Source of the DNA: an uncultured bacterium
GTDB taxonomy: Bacteria > Babelota > Babeliae > Babelales > Babelaceae
Direction of reading: 5' to 3'
Assembly: GCA_963722385.1 (NCBI GenBank)
Contig: CAVRKK010000002.1
Location: 480,001-544,000, forward strand
DNA length: 64,000 bases
Part shown: in pieces, positions 52,346-61,939 of the stretch
Position numbering within the stretch: the first letter of the stretch is position 1
Layout of the letters: each line of letters begins with the position of its first letter
Notes under the pieces: model-generated
Databases searched by the model: none
Told to the model about the DNA's origin: nothing
Seen by the model: the letters and a program-made list of their open reading frames with translations, nothing else
Translations under genes and position numbers: made by a program

Positions 52346-53262
52346 TTTTTCAAAAAAATTGCATTGCCACGGTAGCTTTCTTGGTATTAAGCAGCGTCAC
52401 CGGTTTATGGGGCAAACCACCAAGCTTGTTACAGCAGGTATATGGTAAAAAAGATAAAATAATGTGCGTAACCATACCAAAAGCAGGTACCCACTTGCTT
52501 ATTAAATGCTTAACACTCCTCGGGATTGATGGTATTCAATTTGACTATAATGAGCAAAAAAACATCAAAGACCGCAAGCAAAGCAATTATCAAAAGATCT
52601 CAGCAAAAGAGTTTGCCGGTCTAGCATTTGAGCGCCTTTCTCGACGAATTCTTATAAATAAAGGAGTAAGGCGAGGGTTTCTCGTCCATCTTCCGTTTGC
52701 TCCAAAATATATTCCCTTTTTTTCTGAATGCACGGAGAAAAATTTCCTTATGATCCGCGACCCACGCGACCAGCTTATTTCATTAGCCTCTACCGCTATT
52801 CAAGACCCCCAAAATAGGCAAGAATATTTACCCGAGATTCTTCTTTCCTTACTTGAGGGTAAACATAAAGCCAAGCCTTGGTCACCATATCATGTGGCAA
52901 TTGACCTTGTCTGGTCTATTGGCATTGTTAAATTTTACCAGTCATTTTTAAAATGGGCCGAACAGCCTAACTTTTACGTCGTTCGCTTCGAAAATCTTGT
53001 TGGATCCGAAGGTGGAGGCGATCAGGATCTTCAAATTAACGAGATAAAAAAGATAGCGCGCCACTTGGGCGTAAAAGTTTCTTCTAAAAAAATTCACGAA
53101 GTAACAAAGAGCCTTTTTGGAAAATCACAAACATTTAAAGAGGGCCAAGCGAACTCGTGGCAGCGATACTTTACGCCTGAGGTTAAGCAAGCTTTCAAAG
53201 CAGTACCCGGTGCTTGCCAGTTGCTCATTGCTCTCGGCTATGAAAAAGATTGTAATTGGTAA
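52342..53262 (+). CDS. Exported PAPS-dependent sulfotransferase-family protein (paralog of 50178..51098)
   Basis: ATGA overlap; signal peptide; IPKAGTHLL; IRDPRDQLIS; shared C-terminus LGYEKDxNW. Confidence 0.85.
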   Translation: MIFQKNCIATVAFLVLSSVTGLWGKPPSLLQQVYGKKDKIMCVTIPKAGTHLLIKCLTLLGIDGIQFDYNEQKNIKDRKQSNYQKISAKEFAGLAFERLSRRILINKGVRRGFLVHLPFAPKYIPFFSECTEKNFLMIRDPRDQLISLASTAIQDPQNRQEYLPEILLSLLEGKHKAKPWSPYHVAIDLVWSIGIVKFYQSFLKWAEQPNFYVVRFENLVGSEGGGDQDLQINEIKKIARHLGVKVSSKKIHEVTKSLFGKSQTFKEGQANSWQRYFTPEVKQAFKAVPGACQLLIALGYEKDCNW

Positions 53263-53271
53263 AAAGCTTGG

Positions 53272-53303
53272 TGCGGGTTGCGTCTGAATAAACGCAACCC
53301 GCA
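53272..53303. terminator. Hairpin between convergent genes
   Basis: 12-bp inverted repeat TGCGGGTTGCGT/ACGCAACCCGCA. Confidence 0.7.
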
Positions 53304-53309
53304 TCTTAA

Positions 53310-54086
53310 TTAATGCTGAGCAAGAGCAGCTAACTCATCGGCAAACAGCGTACCCTTTTTGGCGAGGTGATGCGCAATCTCTTTGAGCGCTTGTTCGTGG
53401 GCCTTTAACAGCTCATACGTTTTCACTTTAATCGCAGCCATGCGTTGAGCAAGCAGTTCGCGAGCTTCTTTACAAAGCCCTTGGTGAGCCAGATCCTGGC
53501 ACTTATAGGCAAAGTCAGCATCCTGCTTGGTTAATTTCTGCCACGCTTGCGTTGTGTCTTGATCACGATAGTCACTTGTTTGACCAAGAAGTATACTTTC
53601 AGCTATAGGACCCGCAAGCATAATCTGGGCCTGCTTAAGATTCTCATCAAGCTGCTCGACTCCAAGCAGTTCATGGCGATCAGCCGCGACGACTTTGCCG
53701 TATTCGAGGGCAAACTGTTCATCACCGGGTAGAGCACCTTTGTCGGCATGAGCCTCAAGCACCTCTACAATCGGCTTATTGTACGTTGTTTCGAAGCCTT
53801 GCTCAACATCTCTTCGCCACGCTCGTATGCTATTTATAACCCTACGCAAACCTTCTTCTACATGGTCCTTCTGATCTTGAACAATAAGCCCCGCGTCAAC
53901 TGTCTGAACCAAGCCTTTAACTTTTTCGATAAGCTCTTCACTCAGATTGCGCCACAAGTCACGTGCTGTCTCAAGCCTCAATAAGCTCAAGCCTCGGGCG
54001 ATTTGTTTCTCGTGCTTCGTGCTGGTTAGCTACGATGGTGCCAGCTGCCCACAAAAAAATATTGCAAAACTTTTGAATTTCATCAT
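53310..54086 (-). pseudogene. Exported protein with FtsH/peptidase-M41-like C-terminal fold, 5' end disrupted
   Basis: IMLAGPIAESILLG and ELLKAHEQALKEIAHHLAKKGTLFADEL; RBS GAGG + ATG 54086; T7 run and a 7-bp duplication AGCACGA create an early TAG. Confidence 0.55.
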
Positions 54087-54290
54087 TTACCTCATATTAT
54101 CTTGCTCTTACTCTAGCCATTCTAATACAAAAAACCATAAATGACAATTTGCTCTTGTGAAATTTTATCAGACAGAAATTAATGTAGCCATTTTTTCGCA
54201 TCATCTCGCAACTATCATTGAGGTAATGGTAAATTTCGGCAATACTAAAAGAAGATAAAAATAGTGCTCACTTTTTACCTAGTTTTTCCC

Positions 54291-56246
54291 ATGTATGTCA
54301 TAGTCAAGCTGCTCAACGGCTGTCCCCAAGATCTTACCTATTCTGTTCCTGAGCGTTGGCGTGATAACGATCTTCAGGGTGCTCTTGTTACCGTGCCACT
54401 CATGAAGCGCCTTGAGCCCGCGCGCGTTACCACCGTTCTTACAACACTCCCCCCGGTTAGCTATCATATCAAAGATATTCACGCTTACGATCCGGTTTTA
54501 AATGATCCTCTTTATAAAAAATTTATTGCCAATCTAAGTGCTTATTATGCTCTTGACAGCGCTGTATTATATCGCCGACTTCAAGCTTTTTTCAAACAAA
54601 AAGAAACTGAAAACATCCTCTTGCCGCCAACGATTGATAAGCCATTAAGTCATACTCTCACGCAAGAGCAGCAAGCCGTCGTTGACGGTATTGTCCCTTT
54701 TATTGAGCAGCCAAGCTATCAGCCATGCGTCATTCATGGTGTTACCGGATCGGGCAAGACCGAAGTTTACCAAAGCCTTATGAGCGCGGCTCATGCTTCA
54801 GGAAAAGCGGTAATTTTTCTTGTTCCCGAAGTCTCATTAGCAGTACGTTTTGAGCAATTTTTTCGAGGCCGATTCACGGTGCCTATCTTCGGCTTTCACT
54901 CGGCCACCAGCGCGCCCGAAAAAAAGCAGCTTTGGCAAGCACTTCGTGCTCAGAGGCCGCTGGCAGTTATTGGTGTTCATCTACCGACCATGCTGCCTAT
55001 CCCCCACCTTGGACTTATCATTATTGATGAAGAGCACGAAATCGGTTATCAAGAAAAGAAGCACCCCCGCATCAACTCCAAAGAAGCTGCCTTGCTGCGA
55101 GCCCATCTTCATGGTATTCCTGTTGTTCTCGGCTCAGCAACACCCTCAATAAGCACACTCTATAACGTTCAAAAGCGCGGCTGGAAACTATTTACTATAC
55201 GAACACGCTTTGCCGGCGCCTTTCCCCAGGTAAGTATCGTCAAGCTCAAGCAATTGAGCAAAGAAAGGCGTCATTCATTTTGGATCAGCAAGCAACTCGA
55301 AGTAGCTATTGCTCAGCGCTTAAGCAAAAAAGAACAGGTCATCATTTTTCTTAACCGGCGCGGGCATAGCTTTTTTATGCAGTGCGAGGGATGCGGCTTT
55401 ATTTTTCGGTGCGTTAATTGCTCGGTTACGTTGACCTTTCATCAAGAAGAAAAGCTGTGTTGTCACTATTGCGGTTTCAATCGCGCGCCGCCAACCATCT
55501 GCTCTGCGTGCTCAAGCACAAAATTTCTGAAAAAAGGTATCGGTACGCAGCAGATCGTCACGGTGTTACAGCGCTTGTTTGGCCACGCACGTATTGGGCG
55601 CGCTGACCTTGATACAACGATTAATAAAAAAAAGTGGCAGCAGACCATAAACTCGTTTTATAACCGTGAGCTTGATATTCTTGTTGGCACGCAGACAATT
55701 ACCAAAGGGTACCATTTTCCGCAGGTGACGCTGGTCGGCATATTGTGGGCTGACATGCATCTGAGTATACCGACCTACAATGCCGGAGAGGCGACGCTTC
55801 AGCAGCTGATCCAAGTTGCTGGCCGTGCTGGCAGGCAGCACCCTGAAAGTTCTGTTATTGTACAAACAATGCTTGATCACACGCTTCTTGAATATGTCGA
55901 CGAGGCTAAATATCTTGATTTTTATGAATATGAGCTCGCCCTACGGTCGCAAATGCATTATCCGCCCGTAGCTCGATTCGCTGAAATAGAACTTCGGCAT
56001 GAGGATGAGCAGGTCGTTCATCAGGAATCTTTGGCCTCTGCAACATTTTTACGAGATATGCATCATGATAAGGTACGCATACTTGGGCCAGCCCAACCGC
56101 CCGTGCATAAGATAAAAAACATTTACGTGCGTAAAATTTATCTCAAGGGAAATGCGATGCGTGATCTTATCAATCTCTATAAGCAGCTTGAAGCACTTGC
56201 TCTTCAATCAGGTGTAATTTTTACCCCTAACCCATTGAGCTTTTAA
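54291..56246 (+). CDS. priA: Primosomal protein N' (PriA helicase)
   Basis: GVTGSGKTEVY, IIDEEH, GSATPS, LNRRG, CxxC zinc motifs, QVAGRAGR. Confidence 0.96.
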   Translation: MYVIVKLLNGCPQDLTYSVPERWRDNDLQGALVTVPLMKRLEPARVTTVLTTLPPVSYHIKDIHAYDPVLNDPLYKKFIANLSAYYALDSAVLYRRLQAFFKQKETENILLPPTIDKPLSHTLTQEQQAVVDGIVPFIEQPSYQPCVIHGVTGSGKTEVYQSLMSAAHASGKAVIFLVPEVSLAVRFEQFFRGRFTVPIFGFHSATSAPEKKQLWQALRAQRPLAVIGVHLPTMLPIPHLGLIIIDEEHEIGYQEKKHPRINSKEAALLRAHLHGIPVVLGSATPSISTLYNVQKRGWKLFTIRTRFAGAFPQVSIVKLKQLSKERRHSFWISKQLEVAIAQRLSKKEQVIIFLNRRGHSFFMQCEGCGFIFRCVNCSVTLTFHQEEKLCCHYCGFNRAPPTICSACSSTKFLKKGIGTQQIVTVLQRLFGHARIGRADLDTTINKKKWQQTINSFYNRELDILVGTQTITKGYHFPQVTLVGILWADMHLSIPTYNAGEATLQQLIQVAGRAGRQHPESSVIVQTMLDHTLLEYVDEAKYLDFYEYELALRSQMHYPPVARFAEIELRHEDEQVVHQESLASATFLRDMHHDKVRILGPAQPPVHKIKNIYVRKIYLKGNAMRDLINLYKQLEALALQSGVIFTPNPLSF

Positions 56247-56787
56247 CAATAGGCTTGAAGAAGTAGGCGCGGTAATGTTTAAGCTCTTCAATAGAAGCGT
56301 ACACATCTTCAAGCGCTCTATGATTGCTCTTTTTTTCAAACAAAGCGTTGGGATCTCCGGTATACCATCGGCGCACGACTTCCTTAATGGTCGTGACATC
56401 AATGATACGGTAATTAAAATATTGATCGAGCTCCGGCATAAAGCGCTTAAGAAATGCGCGGTCTTGGTAGACAGAGTTACCACATACAGGTACGTTCTTT
56501 TTGCAGCACCGGCGAGCAAAATCAAGCGTCAGCTCGTATGCTTCGGCAAGCGTGATGTGGGATGATCTCACACGGTCTAAGAGTCCAGAAGAACTATGTT
56601 GATTCTTGTTCCAGGCATCCATTTTTTCAAGCACAAACTCGGGCTGATGAATAACGAGCGAAGGCCCCTCCGCAATGACATCGAGCGTGTCATTGGTCAC
56701 CACGCTTGCTACCTCGATAATAGCATCCTGCGCGAGATTAAGACCGGTCATCTCAAGATCAATCCAAAACAATGAGCCTTGCAACAT
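56227..56787 (-). CDS. orn: Oligoribonuclease
   Basis: WIDLEMTGL, GNSVYQDRAFL, HRALEDVYASIEEL. Confidence 0.95.
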   Translation of the reverse strand: MLQGSLFWIDLEMTGLNLAQDAIIEVASVVTNDTLDVIAEGPSLVIHQPEFVLEKMDAWNKNQHSSSGLLDRVRSSHITLAEAYELTLDFARRCCKKNVPVCGNSVYQDRAFLKRFMPELDQYFNYRIIDVTTIKEVVRRWYTGDPNALFEKKSNHRALEDVYASIEELKHYRAYFFKPIVKSSMG

Positions 56788-57100
56788 TAGGTAACCTTTA
56801 TGTATTAGAACAGACTAGCAATCATTGGTTTGTATGACAAGAAAAAGCGATTTGACGTTCGAGATATAATTGAGCAAGCTCAGCTTCAGCTCTTTGTACC
56901 TTCGATGATTTTTAATCGTACTGGATTTAGCTCAGCTTTACTTTTCGTTAAAGACGCCATAGATTCTTTAGAAGATGGGCGGGAATCCTCCTCAATTCAT
57001 TGAGGAGATATAAGGCACAGTGCCGCAGACACAATCTTGCATGAGGAAGTCACATTATAGAAAATTGTTCTGATATTAATCATAAGCAGGTAGCTTCATT

Positions 57101-57703
57101 ATGAGTTGTTTCATGATAAAAAATGCCCCAAAGACCCTAATTTTAAGCATAACTTTGCTTCTAATTCTAGGCGTAAAAGAAACTCGAGGTAGTTGTCCCT
57201 TTGTTGCTACAAGCTATACTTTGCCCAGTAGCTATAGCTATCCTCTAGCAATAGCATTTTCACCGAATGGCTTATATGTTGCAACCGCTAATGATATTGA
57301 TCCAAGCAATGTAACACTATTTAAGCTTGTATGTCCAAGTCCTGCGGTTTCTTATTCATTGCCCTCCGGCTCCCAGGAACCAGACTCAGTAGCCTTCTCA
57401 CAAGATGGTTTGTATCTTGCTACAGCAAATTATAACTCAAGCGATGTAACGATTTTTAAAGTAAATCCTAATAGCACGAACACCAGTCTTGTTCTCGGCA
57501 CCTCTTTCCCCTTACCTAACGGCTCACTGCAGCCTAAAAGTATAACTTTTTCCTACGACAACTCATATGTAGCAACAGCGAACAGCAATTCGAATGACGT
57601 TAGCCTCTTTAAATTCGTAAGCGGTCAATTAACGGGAGGAATTTCTTATGCGCTGCCCACCAACTCAACCCACATTACGGGCCAGAAATATAAAAAAAGC
57701 TGA
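57101..57703 (+). pseudogene. N-terminal fragment of the beta-propeller family, truncated
   Basis: Signal, SCP, one blade, LVC linker, two further blades, then homology ends at ALPTNST; no TM anchor. Confidence 0.75.
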
Positions 57704-57844
57704 TAGAAGCAGCAAGCAAAATAGTTTATTGTGCAAAAATATTTCCAAGGCCAGCGTGCTCTTGTGTCCGCGCTTAGGCAGGGGACTTAAGTTAATCCGT
57801 TAAATATGCTATTATTAAGAAAACGGATGATACGATGGCGAGCT

Positions 57845-59134
57845 ATGTCCCAGATCAAAAACACGGCGCCTTCATTGTCGGCTATCCCCCTTCTACCAGG
57901 GGTATACCTCTTTAAGGACACAGAACAAAATATTCTCTATATCGGCAAGGCAAAGTCGCTGCGCACGCGTGTGCGTTCCTATTTTCGGAAGCAAGAGTCT
58001 GACTGGAAAGTTGAGTCGCTCATAAAAGAGCATGCCTCAATCGACTATATCGTAACCGAAAGCGAGGTAGCAGCGCTCCTGCTTGAGGCCCAGCTTATTG
58101 CCAAGCATAAGCCGAAGTACAACGTTCTGCTCACCGCGGGCAATCCGTTCCTCTATGTGCAATTTACCGCCGGTCCTTTGCCTGAAGTTAGCCTCGTCCG
58201 CACAAAAAATGGCAAGGGCACGTATTTTGGGCCGTTTATTCACAAAAAAGAAGCACGCGCCGGTTACCAGTACCTTATGCGCACTTTTCGCCTGAAGCTC
58301 TGTGGCAAAAAAATAGAAAGCGGCTGCCTCGATTACCACTTGGGAATATGTGCAGGCAGTTGCTTGCCAGCGTTTGATAAAGAAGAGTACCTCACGCGCG
58401 TCAAGCTTGCTCAAGAAACACTTAAGGGCAACTTTAGGCAGGTCGCCAAAACACTTAATGAGCACATCGCTCACCATAATGCCCGACGCGAATTTGAAAA
58501 AGCACAACGGCTTTACGCCTACCTTAATAATTTGGAAACAATCTTCGCCAGCCTCAAGGCTCGCCTCCATAAAGACCCCTACGAAGGCGAGATATTTGCA
58601 CGAACAACGTCGCTTGCCCTTACGAGCACACTCTATGAGCAGGGGCTTACTGACTTACAGAAGCTCCTCAAGCTGCCTACGGTTCCGGTCAGCATCGATT
58701 GCTTCGACATCTCGCACTTTCAGGGACGCTACCTCGTCGGATCCTGCGTCCGCTTCACCCAGGGCCGTCCTGATGCCAAAGGGTTTCGCCGATTTAAAAT
58801 TAAAACGCTCACCGAGCAAAATGATTACGCGGCACTTGCCGAAATTGTAGGCCGCCGCTACGCACCAACCGCATCAGCTTCGGCACTCCCTGATGTAATT
58901 TTGATTGATGGTGGCAAGGGCCAGCTCAGCGCGGTCAAAGACCTTGTCAGCCCAACCATATGCATCAGCCTTGCCAAGCGCGAAGAGACGCTTTTTACTC
59001 CCTATCACCCCGAGGGGATCAAGCTTGATATTAAAACAGCACTCGGCCAACTCTTAATTGCTCTGCGTGACTACGCACACCATTTTGCGATAAGCTATCA
59101 TAAGTTACTTCGTACCAAAGGGAACACAACATGA
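57845..59134 (+). CDS. uvrC: Excinuclease ABC subunit C, short form
   Basis: GIY-YIG PGVYLF...LYIGKAKSLR, FDISH, DYAAL, LIDGGKGQL, RDYAHHFAI; no HhH tail. Confidence 0.9.
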   Translation: MSQIKNTAPSLSAIPLLPGVYLFKDTEQNILYIGKAKSLRTRVRSYFRKQESDWKVESLIKEHASIDYIVTESEVAALLLEAQLIAKHKPKYNVLLTAGNPFLYVQFTAGPLPEVSLVRTKNGKGTYFGPFIHKKEARAGYQYLMRTFRLKLCGKKIESGCLDYHLGICAGSCLPAFDKEEYLTRVKLAQETLKGNFRQVAKTLNEHIAHHNARREFEKAQRLYAYLNNLETIFASLKARLHKDPYEGEIFARTTSLALTSTLYEQGLTDLQKLLKLPTVPVSIDCFDISHFQGRYLVGSCVRFTQGRPDAKGFRRFKIKTLTEQNDYAALAEIVGRRYAPTASASALPDVILIDGGKGQLSAVKDLVSPTICISLAKREETLFTPYHPEGIKLDIKTALGQLLIALRDYAHHFAISYHKLLRTKGNTT

Positions 59135-61686
59135 AACCAGAGCTCTTTACATCGCTTGCCCAAGAACTTATCAATCAAGCGGTCCATTGTGCAACCGAGC
59201 TTGAAAGCCCCGCGGTAACTCCGCTGCATGTTATGCGCGCAACGCTCGATGACGAATTTTGCCTTTCATTTTATCGGCTGCTACCGCTCGATATCGAAGC
59301 CCTTAAAGCACTCACTGATCGTGAGCTTTCGCACTTACCACGCGCGAAGGGAGGTCAGCTTACTGCTGACTACACATTTAGCGATCTATTGAGCCGGGCA
59401 GAGCAGGAATCGAAAAAACTCAACGACCAATATATAAGCCTGGAGCATATTCTGCTTGCTTTAGGTAGCATAACCTTACCAAGCACCATCCAAGATGCTC
59501 TAAAGAAAGCCGGCTTTACGCATGCGGCACTGCTCAAGCAAATCCACGCCTTGCGCAAGGGAAAAACCGTTGATAGCAAGAGCGCCGAGAGCCAATACCA
59601 GGTGCTCGAGCGTTATTGCCAAAATTTAACCCAACAGGCACGTCAAGGAAAGCTTGACCCGGTCATAGGCCGGCACGATGAAATCCGAAGGGTCATCCAG
59701 ATTCTATCGCGACGCACCAAAAACAATCCTGTGCTTATCGGTGAGCCGGGCGTCGGGAAAACCGCAATTGTTGAAGGTATTGCTCAACGCATTGTAAATA
59801 ATGACGTCCCAGAAAGCCTACGCGGCAGCACGCTTTATGCGCTTGATCTCGGACTTTTGATAGCGGGCGCAAAGTATCAGGGAGAATTTGAGGAGCGCCT
59901 CAAGGGTGTTCTTAAGGAAGTAGAGAGCACGCATGACCATGTTGTGCTTTTTATTGACGAGCTCCATATGCTCATCGGCGCTGGAGGTGCTGGCGGCGGC
60001 ATGGATGCCTCGAACCTTCTCAAGCCGGCGCTCGCCCGCGGAACACTCCATTGCATAGGAGCCACAACGGTCAAAGAATATCGAAAGTATATCGAAAAAG
60101 ACCCAGCACTTGAGCGGCGTTTCCAGAAAGTGCTCGTGGAGGAACCATCGGTAGAGGATGCGGTGTCTATTTTGCGCGGGCTCAAAGAGCGCTACGAATT
60201 GCACCACGGCATTCACATTAAGGACCAGGCGCTCGTTGATGCGGTGCTGCTTGCCAGTAAATATATCACCGATAGATTTTTACCCGATAAAGCTATCGAC
60301 CTCGTCGATGAAGCGGCAGCGATGGTTAAAATGGAAATCGAGTCACAGCCAGAAGAGCTTGATGCGCTTGAGCGCACCATTCGCCAGCTTGAAATCGAGC
60401 GCCTCGCTTTAGCAAAAGAAACAGGCGAGGTGGCCAAAAAGCGCTTGACGGAGCTCGAAAAAGAGTTGGCTCAATACAAAGAGAAGCATGCGACACTGCT
60501 TAACCAATGGAAAGCTGAAAAGGAGCCTCTCCAAAAAATACAAAAAATAAAGGAAGAAATAGAGTCAGTTCAGAACCAGTTTCAACGTGCTGAGCGAGAA
60601 GGCGATTATGCCAAAGCGTCGGAGCTTAAATATGGCAAGTTGGTCAAGCTGCAGCAGGATTTGGCAAACGAGCAGGACAAAATTAAGCATCTGCCACATC
60701 TGCTTATCAAAGAAGAAGTGGACGAGCATGATATAGCAACCGTTCTTTCACGTTGGACAGGCATTCCTGTTGAAAAATTACAAGTAAGCGAGGCCGAGAA
60801 GCTGATCGGCATGCGCGATATTCTAAAACGGCGTGTTATTGGCCAAGACGAGGCAATTGATGAAATTACCCACGCCATCCAGATGCATAGGACGGGATTG
60901 ACTGATCCGCATCGGCCAATTGGGTCATTTCTCTTCTTGGGACCGACAGGTGTTGGCAAGACTGAAGTCGCCAAGACCTTGGCTGATTTTTTGTTTAATG
61001 ATCCCAAAAGACTTATCCGTATTGATATGTCAGAGTATATGGAAAAGCATACGGTAGCACGGCTTATCGGTGCCCCACCGGGCTACGTTGGTTACGAAGA
61101 AGGCGGCCAGCTGACCGAAGCAGTTCGGCGCCATCCTTACAGCGTGCTTTTATTTGATGAGATCGAAAAGGCGCACCCCGATGTGTTTAACCTATTTTTG
61201 CAAATTCTTGATGAAGGTCATTTAACCGATGGGCAAGGCCATATCGTATCATTCAAGAATACTATTATTATTATGACATCCAACATTGGCTCGCCATTTA
61301 TATTGGAGGCAGGGAAGTTGACGGAGAGCGTAAAAGAGGAGATTATTAGCCTCTTGCATAAGACGTTTAAGCCTGAGTTTCTCAACCGTATAGATTCGAT
61401 GGTATTCTTTAAGACGCTCACTCACGAAGACGTTGTTAAGATTGCGCATATTCAGCTTGAGGAGCTCAAGAAGCGCTTGCTGGTTCAAAACATAGTGCTT
61501 GACCTGCAGCAAGGGGTTTTGGAGCACCTTGCCTCATTGGGGTACCAGCCTGAATTCGGCGCACGTCCGTTACGCCGTGCGGTGCAGCAATACATTACCG
61601 GCCCCATGGCAGAGTTCTTGCTCCGGCATCCGGGCATAACGCATATAACCGTGACCGTGCATGATGGGACCTTTAAGCTTTCTTGA
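59131..61686 (+). CDS. clpB: ATP-dependent chaperone ClpB
   Basis: Two AAA+ modules ([16 protein letters not shown]) and a long coiled-coil middle domain. Confidence 0.96.
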   Translation: MKPELFTSLAQELINQAVHCATELESPAVTPLHVMRATLDDEFCLSFYRLLPLDIEALKALTDRELSHLPRAKGGQLTADYTFSDLLSRAEQESKKLNDQYISLEHILLALGSITLPSTIQDALKKAGFTHAALLKQIHALRKGKTVDSKSAESQYQVLERYCQNLTQQARQGKLDPVIGRHDEIRRVIQILSRRTKNNPVLIGEPGVGKTAIVEGIAQRIVNNDVPESLRGSTLYALDLGLLIAGAKYQGEFEERLKGVLKEVESTHDHVVLFIDELHMLIGAGGAGGGMDASNLLKPALARGTLHCIGATTVKEYRKYIEKDPALERRFQKVLVEEPSVEDAVSILRGLKERYELHHGIHIKDQALVDAVLLASKYITDRFLPDKAIDLVDEAAAMVKMEIESQPEELDALERTIRQLEIERLALAKETGEVAKKRLTELEKELAQYKEKHATLLNQWKAEKEPLQKIQKIKEEIESVQNQFQRAEREGDYAKASELKYGKLVKLQQDLANEQDKIKHLPHLLIKEEVDEHDIATVLSRWTGIPVEKLQVSEAEKLIGMRDILKRRVIGQDEAIDEITHAIQMHRTGLTDPHRPIGSFLFLGPTGVGKTEVAKTLADFLFNDPKRLIRIDMSEYMEKHTVARLIGAPPGYVGYEEGGQLTEAVRRHPYSVLLFDEIEKAHPDVFNLFLQILDEGHLTDGQGHIVSFKNTIIIMTSNIGSPFILEAGKLTESVKEEIISLLHKTFKPEFLNRIDSMVFFKTLTHEDVVKIAHIQLEELKKRLLVQNIVLDLQQGVLEHLASLGYQPEFGARPLRRAVQQYITGPMAEFLLRHPGITHITVTVHDGTFKLS

Positions 61687-61879
61687 TCTTGGACCTCTGA
61701 AATACGTCAGGTTCGAGTTTTTTAAATGCTTTGATCATAGCCAAAATCAAAAAACTATTGAGACGCATAAACGCGTCCCAACTTGAGTTCTCAAAACCTG
61801 ACCAATGGGATTGTTATTGGACCATATCACTCAAACCACCTTTGCCTTGGCTAATACTTTTAATCACACCCTGGTGAAA

Positions 61880-61907
61880 TTGACAAAAAAAGCAACTTGT
61901 CTACTAT
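61880..61907 (+). promoter_or_regulatory. Sigma70 promoter of the intact propeller gene
   Basis: TTGACA-N16-TACTAT. Confidence 0.6.
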
Positions 61908-61939
61908 AGGTTTAGCTCAAATATTAAAGGGAGAGTTTT

